64,000 nucleotides of DNA from Lophium mytilinum (lineage: Eukaryota): the NCBI GenBank assembly GCA_010093605.1, contig MU004190.1, positions 62,001 through 126,000 of the forward strand, given 5' to 3'. Shown in pieces: positions 1 through 11,894 of this stretch (position 1 is its first letter; each line of letters opens with the position of its first letter). The notes under the pieces are model-generated. The model saw only the letters and a program-made list of their open reading frames with translations. It searched no databases and was not told the origin of the DNA. The position numbers and the translations under genes are program-made.

Positions 1-818
1 TCGGCCGCGAAACTGCCCTCCTCTACGCTAAAGAAGGCTGCAAATCCCTTACAATCGCTGACCTCAATGCCGCTGGCCTTGAGGAGACTAAGACGAAAAT
101 CGGAGCCATCAACCCTGACGCCAAGGTCCGAATAGCCGTGTGCAATGTCACAGATGAAGCTTCCGTACAGAGCATGGTGGACGGCACTGTTGAGGAATTC
201 GGGCGCCTCGACTATGCCGCCAATGTAGCAGGAATGATATTGCTGGGCGTGCAGACGGCAGACATGAGCACCGACTTCTTTGAGAAGCATTATCAGGTCA
301 ATCTACGGGGACTATTTTTCTGCGAAAGGGCAGAGTTGCGGGCTATGCTGAAGCAGGAGCCGATTACGACAAAGGACTCGAAGTATCCTGCGAGGGGGGC
401 TATTGTAAATGTTTCGTCTATGTCGGGACTGGTGGCTTCGCCGGATATCCCTGCATATGCTACTAGCAAATTCGGAGTCGTTGGACTAACGAAGTCTGTA
501 AGTATTCAAGTGCTAACGAAGCAGGAAATCACGGGAGATGTTGGCTGATGTTCTCTTCAGGATGGTATGAACTACGGCTCAAAGCTCATCAGAGTCAATT
601 CAGTTGCACCTGGGGCAGTTGCGACCCCTATATTAGCCAACTCTGGCAACAAAGCATCCGCAACACCGCTGAAGGATTCAGCGGCAATGGATAACGCCTT
701 AGGGCGCTTCGCAGACCCAGAAGAGGTGGCGCAATGCATCGTCTGGCTCACGAGTGGCCGAGCCAGCTACGTAACTGCTTCAACCGTGGTCGCAAATGGG
801 GGACAGCTTGGAGGATAG
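1..818 (+). CDS. Short-chain dehydrogenase/reductase (5' truncated; intron 498-560)
   Basis: RLDYAANVAG, GAIVNVSS, catalytic YATSK, IRVNSVAPG; GTAAGT..CAG intron joins the two ORFs in frame. Confidence 0.92.
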
Positions 819-1425
819 TTCTTCAATACCATGACTTTCTCGAGTCGTTCCTGAGCTTCGAGATAACACAATAATCCCCCAATCCACTTTTTACAAGCTC
901 CAAAATACATGTAAATAGGCTCCTATGCTTTTGTTCCGTATCCTTATCGTACCCGCTGTGCCGCTCTTGAATGCACCACAGCTTGCCCATATTCGTCCAT
1001 TCCACAATGTTTGTGCTTTCAAATCAGATGATTTTCTACTAGCTCTTTATTGGCCATTCCTGCATCTCGACCCCGCACGCACTAGTGACTCCGACATTCT
1101 TGGCTATCTCACCGGGGCACGACGGGGGTCGACATGAAGCATCTCTCTCACGGAAAATCTGCAATTCAACACAGAGACACCCACAGCGTCACGGATTGGC
1201 GCCTCCCCACCTCTAATAGCCATTCTGCGGTGGGGAAAGCCCTTCTTTTCATTGTCCTGCGAGCTCGAGGGCCAAAATGCCGTGATTCCGAATGCCGTTG
1301 AGAGCGGCCGGTGGGAGGAGGCAGGACGGAGAGAACGTTTGGCGGACGTTAACACGTAGACAGCCCGCTGTTGTGTCTGGCTCTTTACCTCCCTCTTTTC
1401 TGTGTGTGGTATCGGTAGGTTGACA

Positions 1426-3344
1426 ATGGACGCCTTTCAAAAAACCACTGGTGGTGTTGTGGCTGCTTTAAGGGAATCGGCGAAGGAGATGCCTCCATTG
1501 AACGAGTATCAGCTTTGTGCAGTAATAGCTGCTCTTGTAAGTACTCAAAGGAGCCTGATCTTTGTAGAATCAAGGCGGTGTTGAGATGCATTTGCTAATC
1601 GTCCCTCCAGAGCACACATGCACTCTTCCAGCTCCATGAATTCCAGCCTATGGATGTTCTTTTCGCATTCTCTGCTCTGAATCTTGGTCTAAGACTGTTT
1701 CTCGACAAGCAAAGCACTGAGACTGGCATTGTTGCTTTACAGGCCCAGCTCAATCTGATCTACTTCGTTTCGCTTTTGTAAGAGACTTTTGATTGCTACA
1801 GAGTTTAGTCATACTGACTATCCTAGCACATCAATATCCATCTACCGACGATTCTTCCACCGTACCAGACGATACCCAGGTCCCTTCTTAGCTTCAATCA
1901 CGAAATGGTGGGCATGGGGCGTCGTCTACAAGGGCGAGTATCACCGCACTGTGCGGGCTCTGCACGACTCTACCAAGAGCGACATCGTCCGCGTCGGACC
2001 CCGCGAGCTCGACATCTGCAACGTCGATTTCATCGCTCCGATTTATGGTGTAGGCACCAAGTGCAAGAAGGGGCCATGGTACGAAGGTACTCTAATGGGC
2101 AGCCACCACCGCTTCTTGCAGAACGAGAAACCTGAGCCCCACATCTGGAAGCGGAGGATCTGGGACGCGGGTTTCAACTCGAAAAGCATTCGCGAGTACG
2201 AGCCACATGTGTTGCGTGTCAACGACGAGCTATTGGAGAAACTAAGGAAACTTACTAAAGACGGAAAGCCTATTGATCTTGGTCTCTATTTTGCATTCTT
2301 CACATGGGATATTATGGGCGATCTCGGGTAAGTCTTCGCGTATCTTATGTATTGATTGACGATACATAATCGAATCGGACTAATATGCCCTTAGGTTTGG
2401 AGAGACGTTTGATATGATCAACACAGGCACCGCAAATGACGCCATGAATATCGTGCAGGGCTTCACGCGGTTCAACTCGTTGGTTTGCACGATCCCATGG
2501 TGCTCCACTCTCTTTGCTTGGTTCCCCAAAGATCCAAAGGCCGAAGGGCTCTTTACATTTGCCAAGGAGAGAGTCAAGCAGCGCCTCCCTCTCGGCACCA
2601 CCCGCGACGACGTCTTCACGCACTTGCTCCGCGAGGATCGAGTTTCAAAGAGAAAGTATAGCGACTTGGAACTAATACTCGAGTCCCTGATGCTCACTAT
2701 CGGCGGCTCCGACACCACTTCTAGCAGCTTAGCGTAAGCACTCCCCATGCTCTTAATACGGCTTCTCAAACTAACTACCGACACCCAGAACCATATGCTA
2801 CTACCTCATGGCCCACCCCTCCAAATACGCCAAGCTTAAAGACGAAATCCACTCCTACGACGGTCCGCTCACCCACCTCCACCTCGCCAAATTCCCGTAC
2901 CTCAACGCCGTCATCCGCGAGGCTCTGCGCCTGCTACCACCCATCGGATCAGGCATGATGCACCGAGAGACACCCCCAGAAGGCCTCACCATCAACGGCA
3001 TTCACCTCCCCGGCAACACGACCGTGGGCATCGGAGCGTACGAGATCCAACGAGACGCGAGGTACTACGGGAAGCCTGACGAATTCATCCCTGAGAGGTG
3101 GCTAGGCGAAGGTCCCGAGCCATTCGATAGAAACGCGTTCCTTGTTTTCTCGTACGGTCCGTATAGTTGTGTGGGCAAGCATTTGGCGTATTTGGAGCTG
3201 TGCGATGTCATCGCGGGGGTGGTGAAGAATTTCGATATGGAATTTGCGCCGGGGTATGACGTGGGGAGTTATGAGATGAGCATTAAGGATACTGTGGTTA
3301 GTACGAGGGCGCATTTGCCGGTTATTCTTAAGGCGAGAGCTTAG
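1426..3344 (+). CDS. Cytochrome P450 (about 5 exons)
   Basis: YPGPFLA, I-helix GGSDTT, EALR, PERW, heme motif FSYGPYSCVG; introns near 1537-1610, 1778-1827, 2328-2394, 2733-2788. Confidence 0.93.
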
Positions 3345-4114
3345 GGGGAGGCTGTGGGGTGCAATTCGCGAAGGCCGTGGGGAGCGGATAGCTAGCTGGA
3401 GAGAATGGAAGTGATTGCACGACTTGGACCAGTAGCCTATTTTGGAGGCTCGTGAAGTCACGAGCGTCCGTGAACACTACGCGTTTTCTGCAAAGTTTGC
3501 AGGTTGACGATTCTGCTACACCCTTTCCGCTGCTTCATCGTACGTTAAGAGGACGTTGGTTGGAGCACATCAACTAATAGTGAGACTCTCGACATAATTT
3601 ATTATGATATGTTCAACCCACGCCACCCAAGCCTTCTCGTGCCAAAACTTCAAATTCTTACCATTCACTTCCCGATTCCAATTCCCAGCCTTTCAATGAG
3701 CATCAGGAGACTCCGGAATTCAGCTACATCAAGCTCAAGCAATTCCCCTCGATCTGTGTTACCATTTGCAGTGGCAGTGGAAGTGAAGATGTGTAGAATG
3801 TAAATAGCTCGGAACGGAAGATGTGAATTGCATGACACAGTTTAGCGTATCTCCTGATGTTTTCCTAACAACGCGCCACTTTGAAGTGCCTCAGTCGCTG
3901 TGCTCTCTCATTCAGCTCACACTCGCACCAATCTCTGAGCTTGCTCGGAAACGGCGACTTCGGAACATTGGAATTGGAACCCCACAACTCGCCTAGACCA
4001 GATTCGGTAAAGCCATAGAAGGTGCATCATATCAGTATTTAGCAAAACATGTTCGGCATGTATATTGTTTGGTTTAGTTAGATAGAATTTTATTGCAATT
4101 TGTTCTTGCTGGCC

Positions 4115-5988
4115 ATGGCGTCAAAGAATTACAAGGAGGACCGCACGTTCTGCCTCATCGTGGGCGCCGGCATGACCGGTGTCTCGATGGCGGCGCATCT
4201 GCTCAAGAAAGGTGTCTTGAAGCATGGTGAGTTCCGCCTTGTTGATCAACAGTCGGATTATGGCGGTGTTTGGGAAGCGAACAAGTATCCCGGTGCTGCT
4301 TGCGATATTCCTAGCCATGGATATGTTATGCGATTTTTCCTCAAGCCTGGTAATCTTTTCTCCATTTCAAGTCTTCATTGGCCGGAACGGAAGTTTGATA
4401 GTCTCGCAGATTGGTCAAAAAAATACGCGCCCCGACACGAAATCCAACAGTACTATGCGGAGATTGCCTACTACTACCACCTCGAACAGAGCTCCGTTTT
4501 CAACACCAAAGTCATCGAGGCGCGGTGGAACGAGGACACTCTCCTTTGGAACGTTTTGACGCAGCACATACCAACCGGCCAGCAAACACTATGGACAACG
4601 AATGTTCTAATCCACGCGGGCGGTCAGTTTTCCCGCCCAAAATGGGCCGATATCCCCGGACGAAAAACTTTCAAGGGAACGGAGTGGCATACTGCGGAGT
4701 GGCGGGACGACTTCGACCTCACTGGCAAACGTGTAGCAATCATTGGCACCGGACCCAGCACTGGACAAGTGGCACCCGCTATCGTTGATAAAGTCAAGAA
4801 ACTATACATTTACCAGCGAAGTGCTACCTACGTGGTGCCTCGCGGCGACGGTCCTATCCCCAAGTGGAAGCAGCGGTTATTCAACTGGTTCAAGCCAGTA
4901 CTCTGGCTTTACCATGTGTGGTGGTACTCTAGCGTATGAAATTCCCCAATCGCAAGTAGTTGAAGAAGAGGGAAGCTGACACACTGTAGTTCGAACGGAG
5001 CAAGCCTATGTGGCTTGTCGGAACTAAAGAACATGCTGCTGCTCAAGCTTACGCTATTCAACATCTAGAATCAACCGTTAAAGACCCCGTCACACGCGAG
5101 AAGCTGAGACCGCGGAACCAATTCGGTTGCAAGCGTCTCCTTGTCCTCGATGACTGGTATCCGCTGTTCAACAATCCCAAGGTAGAATTGATCACAGACA
5201 AACCGGTCCGGATAACGGAGAAGGGTATTGTTTCAAAACCCCCAGATCAGCTCCCCAAGAGCGAGCTTGCGAGCCTACCTCTTGGTTCTTATGACATCCG
5301 GAATGAGGCTCCTGATGCACATGAGGAAGAGCGGGAGATTGACGTCCTGCTTTGGGGAACTGGTCAGTCCTCCCTATCCTACCCTCGCATCGCACGCTAA
5401 CTCAGCTCAGGTTTCGAAATGGCAGACCAAGGCGGCCACTTCCAAATCTACGGCATTAACGGCGCCAACCTCGCAAAGACCTGGGGCGATTCGCCCAAAG
5501 CCTACTACAGCGTCGGCGTTGCCAACTTCCCCAACATGTGCCTCATGCTCGGCCCCAACGCCGCAAACTTCTGGTCCAACCTCACCACCATCGTCGAGGT
5601 GCAGTGCAACTACAACGCCAAGCTGATCAAGCACATCAAGCAGAAGAACCAGATTGGCCCATATGCGCTGACGGTAGATCCGAAGGTGCAGGAGTGGTAT
5701 AATGAGTGGATTAAAAGTAAGATGAAGGGAATCGCGATCTTGTCGGCGAATTGCTCTAATTACTATACGGTACGTGATGACATGGTGAACTTGATATTTG
5801 GATAGGTGCTGATGTTTGAGCAGAATAATAAGGGCGAAGCTACATACTGGAACCCATTCCATGGATACACATACGCGTGGCAGATGAAGTGGCCGAAGTA
5901 CAATGATTACCTCAAGTTCACGAAGCCAAAACCAGCCCTTACGAATGGCTATGCGAAGGGTGCGACTGCGACCGTTTCAGCGGTATAA
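4115..5988 (+). CDS. Baeyer-Villiger-type flavin monooxygenase (multi-exon)
   Basis: GAGMTG, GGVW..NKYPGAACD, fingerprint FKGTEWHTAEW, second Rossmann GTGPS. Confidence 0.92.
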
Positions 5989-6688
5989 GCTTGAATTGGA
6001 AGCTGTCTTGACGCGTCTGGGCTGGGTTTTGTCTGCATATGATTTTGGATAGCGAGGAGCTGAATGTGTACAAATGGTAGTTTTGTATCTCAAAGCATCG
6101 ATTATGGATCACCGGGGCGTTTCGTGGTTTCTTGTCACATCACTTTTGCTCGGGGCAATTTCAGTGAAATTGAACTTTGCATAGATTTGATATCATGTAG
6201 CTAATTCTGGCATTCTTTACGACACCTCTCTGAAACCCGACTTCGGCGAATCTGTCAGCCAAAAAATCACATGATTGGAATTGGAAGGGCAATATAAAGA
6301 GAGGAATGAAGTAGCGGCTGACAAGTGATGGCTGAGAAGTGGCGCATTCACTTCGACGCCGGAAGAAATATCTGGCGTTTTTCACTCCGTCATTCCCCGG
6401 ATCCAGCACCCCAGTGAGGGTCGCGGGGAACGCTATTCTAATACCCGTCATGTCAGAGAGTCTAGATTGGTGGGGTGCATGAGAGTTTGCTAACGCGTTA
6501 GAGGTCGGAATGGAATTGAGCATTCCGATTACATCACCTCCGCTTACATAGTCAGCCGCTGAACTTGATTTAAGCTTCAAGTGTTGTCGTTTTCAGCATC
6601 TTCTACAGACAACATCTTTGGTTCAACCTTCATCCCGTTTCGATTCTATCCACATTCAGACAACAGGACATTTTACAAACCGTTCGCA

Positions 6689-7837
6689 ATGGTCATCCAC
6701 TCCGGCGTACCGAAGGAGATCATCTCCGAAGTTGATGGCGTCAAAGTCGCTTTCCGCCCTATAGATCTGCCAAATGCACGAATTGTCCATGGAAACCAGT
6801 TTCCTCTGGCAATGACTATGACGAAAGAGTCAGGCGAGAAGGTCACTGTTGACGAGGCAGCCAACGCTATCCGCGATCTTTCGGAGAGAGGAATTACCAC
6901 AGAGCTCATGAACAAGCACGGTGCTTTGGTCCTTCGCGGCCCAGCGGACCCATCTCCAGAGGCTTTCTCCAAGCTCGTCCATGCCGCAGAGGAAGGCCGT
7001 GGTCGTGTTCCGTATGACCAGATTGGCCTTGCTGGAAGCCGAACCGTTCATGGCAAGGAGGTCTTCAGTGCGTCTGAGTCCCCGCCACACCTCTGGATCT
7101 ACCACCATAACGAGTACTCCCGATATACAAAGTTTCCCAGCAACATTCACTTCTTCTGCAACGTCTCTGCTGAGGAGGGCGGCGAAAGCCCATTCTGCCA
7201 CAGCGGCGAGCTCTTCGACCGCCTTCAGGAAGACATCCCGGAATTTGTTGAGGAAGCTGCAAGGAGGGGCCTCAATTCGCCTGATGTCTACCGCGCACCT
7301 GGCAAAGAGGGCAAGAACTTCATCTTCACATGGGCCGGGCCGCTAGCCTTTGGCCGAGATATCAAGCCCGGAGATGATATGGCTACGATGAAAGCCAAGG
7401 CTGAGAAGGAAATTGCTAAGCTGACACCACACTTCTGGTGGATTGAAGACGACCAGCTCGAGGTCCACCAACACGTCCCTGCATTCCGCCGTCATCCGGC
7501 TACCGGAAAGCCCATCTTCTTCAGCAGCATCCCTGGACGCTATGGAACCGCTCTTGATCGTGGCGCTACTGACCCTCCATACATCGGCGACGATGGAATG
7601 GCGTTTCCCCCAGCCACATACACCGATGGTGAGGCCATCCCGAAGAAGTACCTCCATCGTGCATGGGAGATCAGCAACGAATGCCAGGTCGCCATCAAGA
7701 TGGAGGAGGGCGACATTGCGCTCGTGGATAACTACCAAACGACTCACGCCCGCGCTCCCTGGACTAAGGGCAACAGGAAGGTGTTTGTAAGTATGTGGGA
7801 CACTCTCAACCCGAAGGAGAAAATCCTCGATTATTGA
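6689..7837 (+). CDS. TauD/clavaminate-synthase-like Fe(II)/2OG dioxygenase, intronless
   Basis: HGALVLRG, H-x-E (HNE), GGESP, GDIALVDN..THAR with distal His. Confidence 0.88.
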   Translation: MVIHSGVPKEIISEVDGVKVAFRPIDLPNARIVHGNQFPLAMTMTKESGEKVTVDEAANAIRDLSERGITTELMNKHGALVLRGPADPSPEAFSKLVHAAEEGRGRVPYDQIGLAGSRTVHGKEVFSASESPPHLWIYHHNEYSRYTKFPSNIHFFCNVSAEEGGESPFCHSGELFDRLQEDIPEFVEEAARRGLNSPDVYRAPGKEGKNFIFTWAGPLAFGRDIKPGDDMATMKAKAEKEIAKLTPHFWWIEDDQLEVHQHVPAFRRHPATGKPIFFSSIPGRYGTALDRGATDPPYIGDDGMAFPPATYTDGEAIPKKYLHRAWEISNECQVAIKMEEGDIALVDNYQTTHARAPWTKGNRKVFVSMWDTLNPKEKILDY

Positions 7838-8193
7838 GCAACTGCGTAAGCTCGTTCTATTTTCTTTCTGTTCTAGCGAGCATATTGTGGGCAACTGCGT
7901 AAGTCCATGTATGCTATGAATTGACCCCATCACCCTAAGGATTCACTCATCACGTACCCTTGTGCCGAGCAACTGCGCAAGCTCGTTGGGTTTCTTAGTT
8001 GTTTTGAACATACCTTGGGCAACTGCGTAAGTCCTGGTATGTTTCATCTGTGAACCTGCACCTCGCCGAGCGATTGAACAAGCCTGGACCACCTCACAGT
8101 TCTTTCACAGCGGAACTTGGTCAAGACGGTTGTTCGCTACTTGAGTACTCGTCAATGATTACATTGTGGTCACTGAGCAACTGCGCAAGCTCA
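7836..8193. repeat. Five-copy dispersed direct repeat, core GCAACTGCG(T/C)AAG
   Basis: Copies start near 7836, 7889, 7967, 8017, 8175; type A GAGCAACTGCGYAAGCTC alternates with type B TGGGCAACTGCGTAAGTCC. Confidence 0.85.
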
Positions 8194-8438
8194 TACCGCG
8201 CCCATTCCCCCTCACTCACTACTAGGCTAGTCAATATAAGTAAATAGAATTGGTTGCCTTGAGATATTGCTGATCCGCTACCGAGTCTTGGTAGACAGGT
8301 AGTAAACGTCTGAAGCTATTGCCTTTTTACCCCTGATCATGTGTCTTCTATTAGTAGCCATTAATTTGGGTAGTCCTACAAATACGCGATCATTCAATTC
8401 ATGCTCAAATTCTGGGCAATTTTCACAATTACCATGCA

Positions 8439-9305
8439 TTATAATTTTACAGCCCTCTCAACCCCCTTCCTCGCATTCTCCAAATCGGTTCTATAACCCT
8501 TCACTAACGCATTATAATCAAACGACACCAACAAAAAATCCATCCCTTGCTTCGTCCTCTTCGCCGACAGCTCCTCACCGGTCCCCATACTCCCCACCGG
8601 CTTCCCCAACCTCTTCCCAATCCCCACAATCTTCTCCAGCGCCGCCACAAACTCGTCTTCCGGCCCATCACTCCCGCCCGAAAGCCCCAAGCTCAACCTC
8701 AAATCATACGGCCCAATAAAAATCCCCGTCACGCCATCCACACTCATAATCGCCTCCGCATTCGCAACCCCCTCCCTTGATTCAATAATCGGCAAAATCG
8801 CCGGCCCCCTCGCCTGCGCCTTCGCATAGTAATCCGCAAAACTGGTCCCCGGATCCAGACTCCCAAACGGCGCATTATACGGGCCGAAACTCCGTGATCC
8901 CCTCGGCGGGTACAGCGCTTTGTCGACAATCGCCTCTGCGTCGGCGGCCGTATGGACCATGGGCACGATGATGCCCGCGGCGCCGGTGTCGAGCCCCCAC
9001 TTGATCCACTCGGTGCTGTGGGAGGGGATGCGCAGGAGCGGGAGACACGCGCCTTGGGAGGCGGCGACGACGGCGTGCACGAGGTCGGTGGCTTGCTCCA
9101 TGGTGAAGGGGGCGTGCTCCATGTCGATCATGAGCCATTGGAAGCCGGCGCGCGCGGCGAGTTTGGCGGTGATGGTGTGCGGGAAGGAGAGGATGGTGCC
9201 GAGGATGGGGCCGTTGCTGGCTGCGATTGAGGAGACGAAGGTGTGGGAGGTGGGAGCGGTTGAGGGTTTCTTTTTGGAGGGGTCGGGTTGCTCGTCGTTG
9301 TACAT
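8439..9305 (-). CDS. HpcH/HpaI aldolase family protein, intronless
   Basis: WLMIDMEH, LDTGAAGIIVPMV, YPPRGSRSFG, IIES, IFIGPYDL. Confidence 0.93.
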   Translation of the reverse strand: MYNDEQPDPSKKKPSTAPTSHTFVSSIAASNGPILGTILSFPHTITAKLAARAGFQWLMIDMEHAPFTMEQATDLVHAVVAASQGACLPLLRIPSHSTEWIKWGLDTGAAGIIVPMVHTAADAEAIVDKALYPPRGSRSFGPYNAPFGSLDPGTSFADYYAKAQARGPAILPIIESREGVANAEAIMSVDGVTGIFIGPYDLRLSLGLSGGSDGPEDEFVAALEKIVGIGKRLGKPVGSMGTGEELSAKRTKQGMDFLLVSFDYNALVKGYRTDLENARKGVERAVKL

Positions 9306-9908
9306 TTTGGCGGTGAGGCAGGTGGTTCTGGGGAGTTGGCCTGCAAGTTCGAGTTGGAGTTGGAGCTGAAGCTTGAGATTTGAAACGTTATCGATATCGA
9401 GATTGGTGTTGACGTTGTATCTTCAATAGCTAGCTTTTGATTCACGTGATTTAAGCCATAGCCAGGGTGATGTTTCCGTGACAATTCCGTGAATGTGTTA
9501 CCAGGGCTCCTGTCCCGAAACCCGGGGCTTGCAGATGGCCAAAGCGCTCGCTTCTGCAGCTACCCGACGCTAATCTGCACCCCGGAGATCTACCCCGCCT
9601 TGTCCATTGACTCGGCGGCTCGTACCAGGGAGGCGGCACGCGTCTGACTGTGTGTTATCTGACGGAGATCTGACATGGAAAATTCAAACTCAGACGACTG
9701 ACGAAAGGCGAGACATGCAACTTTCACCTCACGGGGCACAGCGGGACGAGTCAGGAGGCCATGAAGCTGTTCATGCATATCGTCGAGGAAACTAAGTAAA
9801 ATGGGATCTCTAGACCACAACCGGCCAATTCGAAGCAAAAACCCGCTATACGTTCAAAACACCAGCCCGCGAAAGATTACCAACATCTTCCCAGAGGCAG
9901 ATTCCCGC

Positions 9909-11894
9909 TCACGTGGTCACAAAGTCATCTGGATTTGGTTTGATCACCATGGCGTGGTATTCAGACGTCGTCCACGGCATGTTGACGCCGGACCGCCCAA
10001 ACTCGTTGACGTAGTAGCTCTGGCCTTCAGAGTATTCCCAGATGAGCTTCTTGGAGGCCTCATCTAGGCTGTCCTGGTATTTGTCGTTCACCTCTGGCTT
10101 AACGTCCATCGATTTCTTGTCGTTCTCGATCATCCATTTGACGGAGACGACGGCGTAGCGGGCCCAGATCTCTGCCCACGAGTACAGGCTGCCTCCGCGC
10201 GGCTGGTGGTTGGGCCCGTAAAGAGAGAAGAAGTTAGGAAAGCCGGGCATGACCATGCCGAGATATGTTCGCGCGCCGTCCTTCTTCCAAAGCTGTTCGA
10301 GGGTTATGCCGCCCTTGCCCTTGTATACGGTCGGGAAGAAGTACTTCGAGGTCTTGAAACCTCCCGCCAAGACGATTAGGTCAAATTCCCTTTCCTTGCC
10401 ATCCTTGGTCTTGATTCCTTTCTCAGTGATACGCTCGATGCTATCGGTCACGAGCTCGCAGTTGTCCTGCAAGAGAGTGTCGTAGAAACCGTTGTCCATA
10501 ACTAGCCTGCGGACTAGGGGAGGGTAGGTCGGCACAAGCTTCTTAATCAATTCGGGCTTAGATGCCATCTTCTTCGTGATGAAGTTCGTCAGTGCCTCTC
10601 GAACGCTGTCGTTTCTCTCATTAACCCTTCCACCCTTTGCTTCGTATTCCTTGTCCTTCACTTGAACGGCTGCGAGGTCTAAACTCCGGAAATACGCTGC
10701 ATAGCAGTACCAGTTCCAGTAGTATGGCATATGATCAAACATCCAGTTTAGATCACTTGGCACCGGCGCCCGGTATCCTTCGATGGTGACGATCCAGTTA
10801 GGTGTCCTCTGGTAGATGGCAAGGTTCTTTGCCACCCGTCCAAGGTTTGGTATAAGCTGAGCACCTGTCGACCCTGTGCCAATCACGGCAATTCGGAGGT
10901 CTTTATAATCCACCTTGTGATCCCAAGCAGTTGTATGGAAGATATGGCCCTTGAAATCGGTGATGCCAGGAATGTCTGGAAGGTTCGGTGTGCTGAAAAG
11001 TCCCGTCGCGCTGATGACTGAGTTGGCAGTCACAGTCTCTTCCTCGCCTGTCAGCTTGCTCTTCAGCGTGACCTTCCATGTTGATGAGGATTCATCCCAC
11101 GTAGAACCAACGACCTCTTTGTTGAACTGGAAATCTTTCATGATATCGTGCTTCGAAGCAACATGCTTTAGGTACACCAAAGTATCCTTTCGCGCAGCGA
11201 AGAACTCCGGCCACTTGTAGTTCTTCTCGAACTTGTATTGAAATAGGTAGCTGAGTGTATCGACACGGCATTCGGGGTAGGTGTTCCAGAGCCATGTTCC
11301 ACCGAGCGTCTCTTGCCTATCGATCACAGTGTATGGGATCCCCAGGTTCTTCAGCTGAATGGCGGCTGCTATGCCGCTGAGACCAGCACCAACGATGAGG
11401 ACCTTGTAATCGGCCAGCTTCTCTTTCGGTGGTGGTGCTTTCGCCCAATCGACTCCGCGTGGAAATGTGTCAAACGATAGCTCTTCGTACCCAGGGAGGA
11501 CATCGTTCTTCTCGATCATCCGCCCGCCAAACAGATTCATCAGCTTGTTTGCCTCCGAGACTGAGGGCGGAGGTGGTTCCTCGTGGGGGCCGGATTTGAG
11601 AAATGCAACGGCTTTTTCGCGCACTGTTCTCTCGTCTTCAGCGCTAAGCACATAATCGAACAGCACACCGCCACGGATCTTTTCCTTGGTAATCTTCATC
11701 GTGGCTAGCTCAGGGTCGGCTGTAATTTGGTAGAGCGCCATTCGGAGAGGATTGATTGCGGCCTTGTCCACTGCATCCCGGATGGTTGTTTCCTCTGCTG
11801 TGAAGCCATTTACAGCTCCGTTTGTCTTCGCCGCTCCATCTTCAGGGTATCCTCGCTCCCCATGTAGGACTGCGTCCTCGATGCCGTTGACCAT
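9909..11894 (-). CDS. Baeyer-Villiger monooxygenase with long N-terminal extension (4-hydroxyacetophenone monooxygenase-like), intronless
   Basis: GAGLSG near residue 170, GGTW.WNTYPECRVD, FKGHIFHTTAWD, GTGSTG, PGFPNFFSLYGPN. Confidence 0.9.
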   Translation of the reverse strand: MVNGIEDAVLHGERGYPEDGAAKTNGAVNGFTAEETTIRDAVDKAAINPLRMALYQITADPELATMKITKEKIRGGVLFDYVLSAEDERTVREKAVAFLKSGPHEEPPPPSVSEANKLMNLFGGRMIEKNDVLPGYEELSFDTFPRGVDWAKAPPPKEKLADYKVLIVGAGLSGIAAAIQLKNLGIPYTVIDRQETLGGTWLWNTYPECRVDTLSYLFQYKFEKNYKWPEFFAARKDTLVYLKHVASKHDIMKDFQFNKEVVGSTWDESSSTWKVTLKSKLTGEEETVTANSVISATGLFSTPNLPDIPGITDFKGHIFHTTAWDHKVDYKDLRIAVIGTGSTGAQLIPNLGRVAKNLAIYQRTPNWIVTIEGYRAPVPSDLNWMFDHMPYYWNWYCYAAYFRSLDLAAVQVKDKEYEAKGGRVNERNDSVREALTNFITKKMASKPELIKKLVPTYPPLVRRLVMDNGFYDTLLQDNCELVTDSIERITEKGIKTKDGKEREFDLIVLAGGFKTSKYFFPTVYKGKGGITLEQLWKKDGARTYLGMVMPGFPNFFSLYGPNHQPRGGSLYSWAEIWARYAVVSVKWMIENDKKSMDVKPEVNDKYQDSLDEASKKLIWEYSEGQSYYVNEFGRSGVNMPWTTSEYHAMVIKPNPDDFVTT

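Noticed and set aside
7836..8193. CRISPR array interpretation of the repeat
   Set aside because: Eukaryotic context, repeats too short, irregular and mutually related spacers, no cas genes
8439..8450. C-terminal VKL of the aldolase (and TKL at 54234) as PTS1
   Set aside because: Non-canonical tripeptides; too weak to call
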